From Squalus acanthias (Eukaryota): 64,000 nt of DNA. The stretch covers positions 23,870,001 through 23,934,000 of the forward strand of contig CM059437.1 of NCBI GenBank assembly GCA_030390025.1, given 5' to 3'. The position numbers were made by a program, and so were the translations under genes. Within the stretch, counting starts at the first letter, position 1. Each line of letters starts with the position of its first letter. A model generated the notes under the pieces. It searched no databases. It worked only from the letters and a program-made list of their open reading frames with translations, and had not been told where the DNA came from. Of this stretch, positions 63,001-64,000 are shown in pieces.

Positions 63001-64000
63001 GAGGTAAGTTACACACAAAGCCCATAGAAAGTTAATGAGAACATTTGAAAATTGGCTGAATACATGTACGTGAAAATAAAATAGGCTTCAATTGTTCTCA
63101 GCTCCGACATTCTAGGCTCTCCTTTTTTGATGCTCTGCCATATTCATTACTTCCCTTTGTGCTGCATTTGCAGAAGGTGACTGATCAATTTGAGTTAAGT
63201 ATACTAACATATTCAAGTAACCACGTCTGTTATCTGCAATTATCTTGGATTGTAAATCACAGCAACTACTTAATATATGGGAATCTTCATAAATGGCAGG
63301 CTACATTCATTCATGCTCATTCTTATTTCTCATTTATCTTCAAGCCTGGCACTTTTTTCCAGATAGCCTTCCAAACTCTCCTGGTGCGTGCCCATGTGCT
63401 GACGTCCTCTGGTGATGGCCTCCCACTAACTGGGCATTGGTGAATTGTCCCTGCGCTCTGCAAACTGCGCTGCGCTGCGCCCTCATGCCATCTATCGCAA
63501 TTTGCAGAGGCCGGTCAATAAATCTTGCTTCACGCCCTCTGCACGCTCCCCCGCAGAAATTGCCTACTCCACGGTGCAGTATTTATACCATTTAATTAGC
63601 TAATTAGACCGCATTCTAGCAGATGCTTTCTGAATAGGCCACTCAGTTGTCCTACACTTCTAGCTCACCCTAACACACCTGAGCTTCAGAAGATGCACAG
63701 GAGTAAAGCTTTGCATTCCTGTAAGTGCATATGAAGGGGCCAAAATTTCCATTTTATACAATGCCTGCGAGCCAAGAGTCATTTCACCCACACAATTTCT
63801 TAGCACTCTTTAAACAAATGCAAGTGGGAAATTAAACACATCAAAGAATACAGCAAACCTTACTGAAACCAACAGGGGTTCGGCCTGAGAAAAAGACTCG
63901 CGCTCCAGATTTAGGCCCATCATTTGAGCCCTTCTGATTTGGAGGAACTGTGAGCATACAGTGCACAAGTCATAAAGTCACTGAACGTGTTACCATCATC

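Overview
This is vertebrate nuclear DNA, very probably from a shark or other elasmobranch, inferred from its repeats (CR1/HER1-type LINE tails, DeuSINE/SacSINE1-like SINEs, GC-rich Harbinger-like MITEs). The only host gene I can support is RND2 (Rho family GTPase 2) on the minus strand. Coding exons 3, 4 and 5 (110, 135 and 249 nt) are present with canonical GT/AG sites. Exons 1-2 were not found and probably lie beyond base 64000, so about 35.7-64 kb is likely intron 2. The rest is intronic or intergenic DNA dense in transposon fragments, several nested, plus a 30-bp minisatellite. The most striking structure is a young Penelope-like insertion 33 nt inside RND2 intron 4. It is a perfect 102-bp inverted repeat with a 37-nt tail and a 12-bp target duplication, and it carries a minimal hammerhead-ribozyme motif on both strands. 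Repeat family names come from recalled consensus sequences, not from a database search. I cannot demonstrate a new biological system from this sequence alone.
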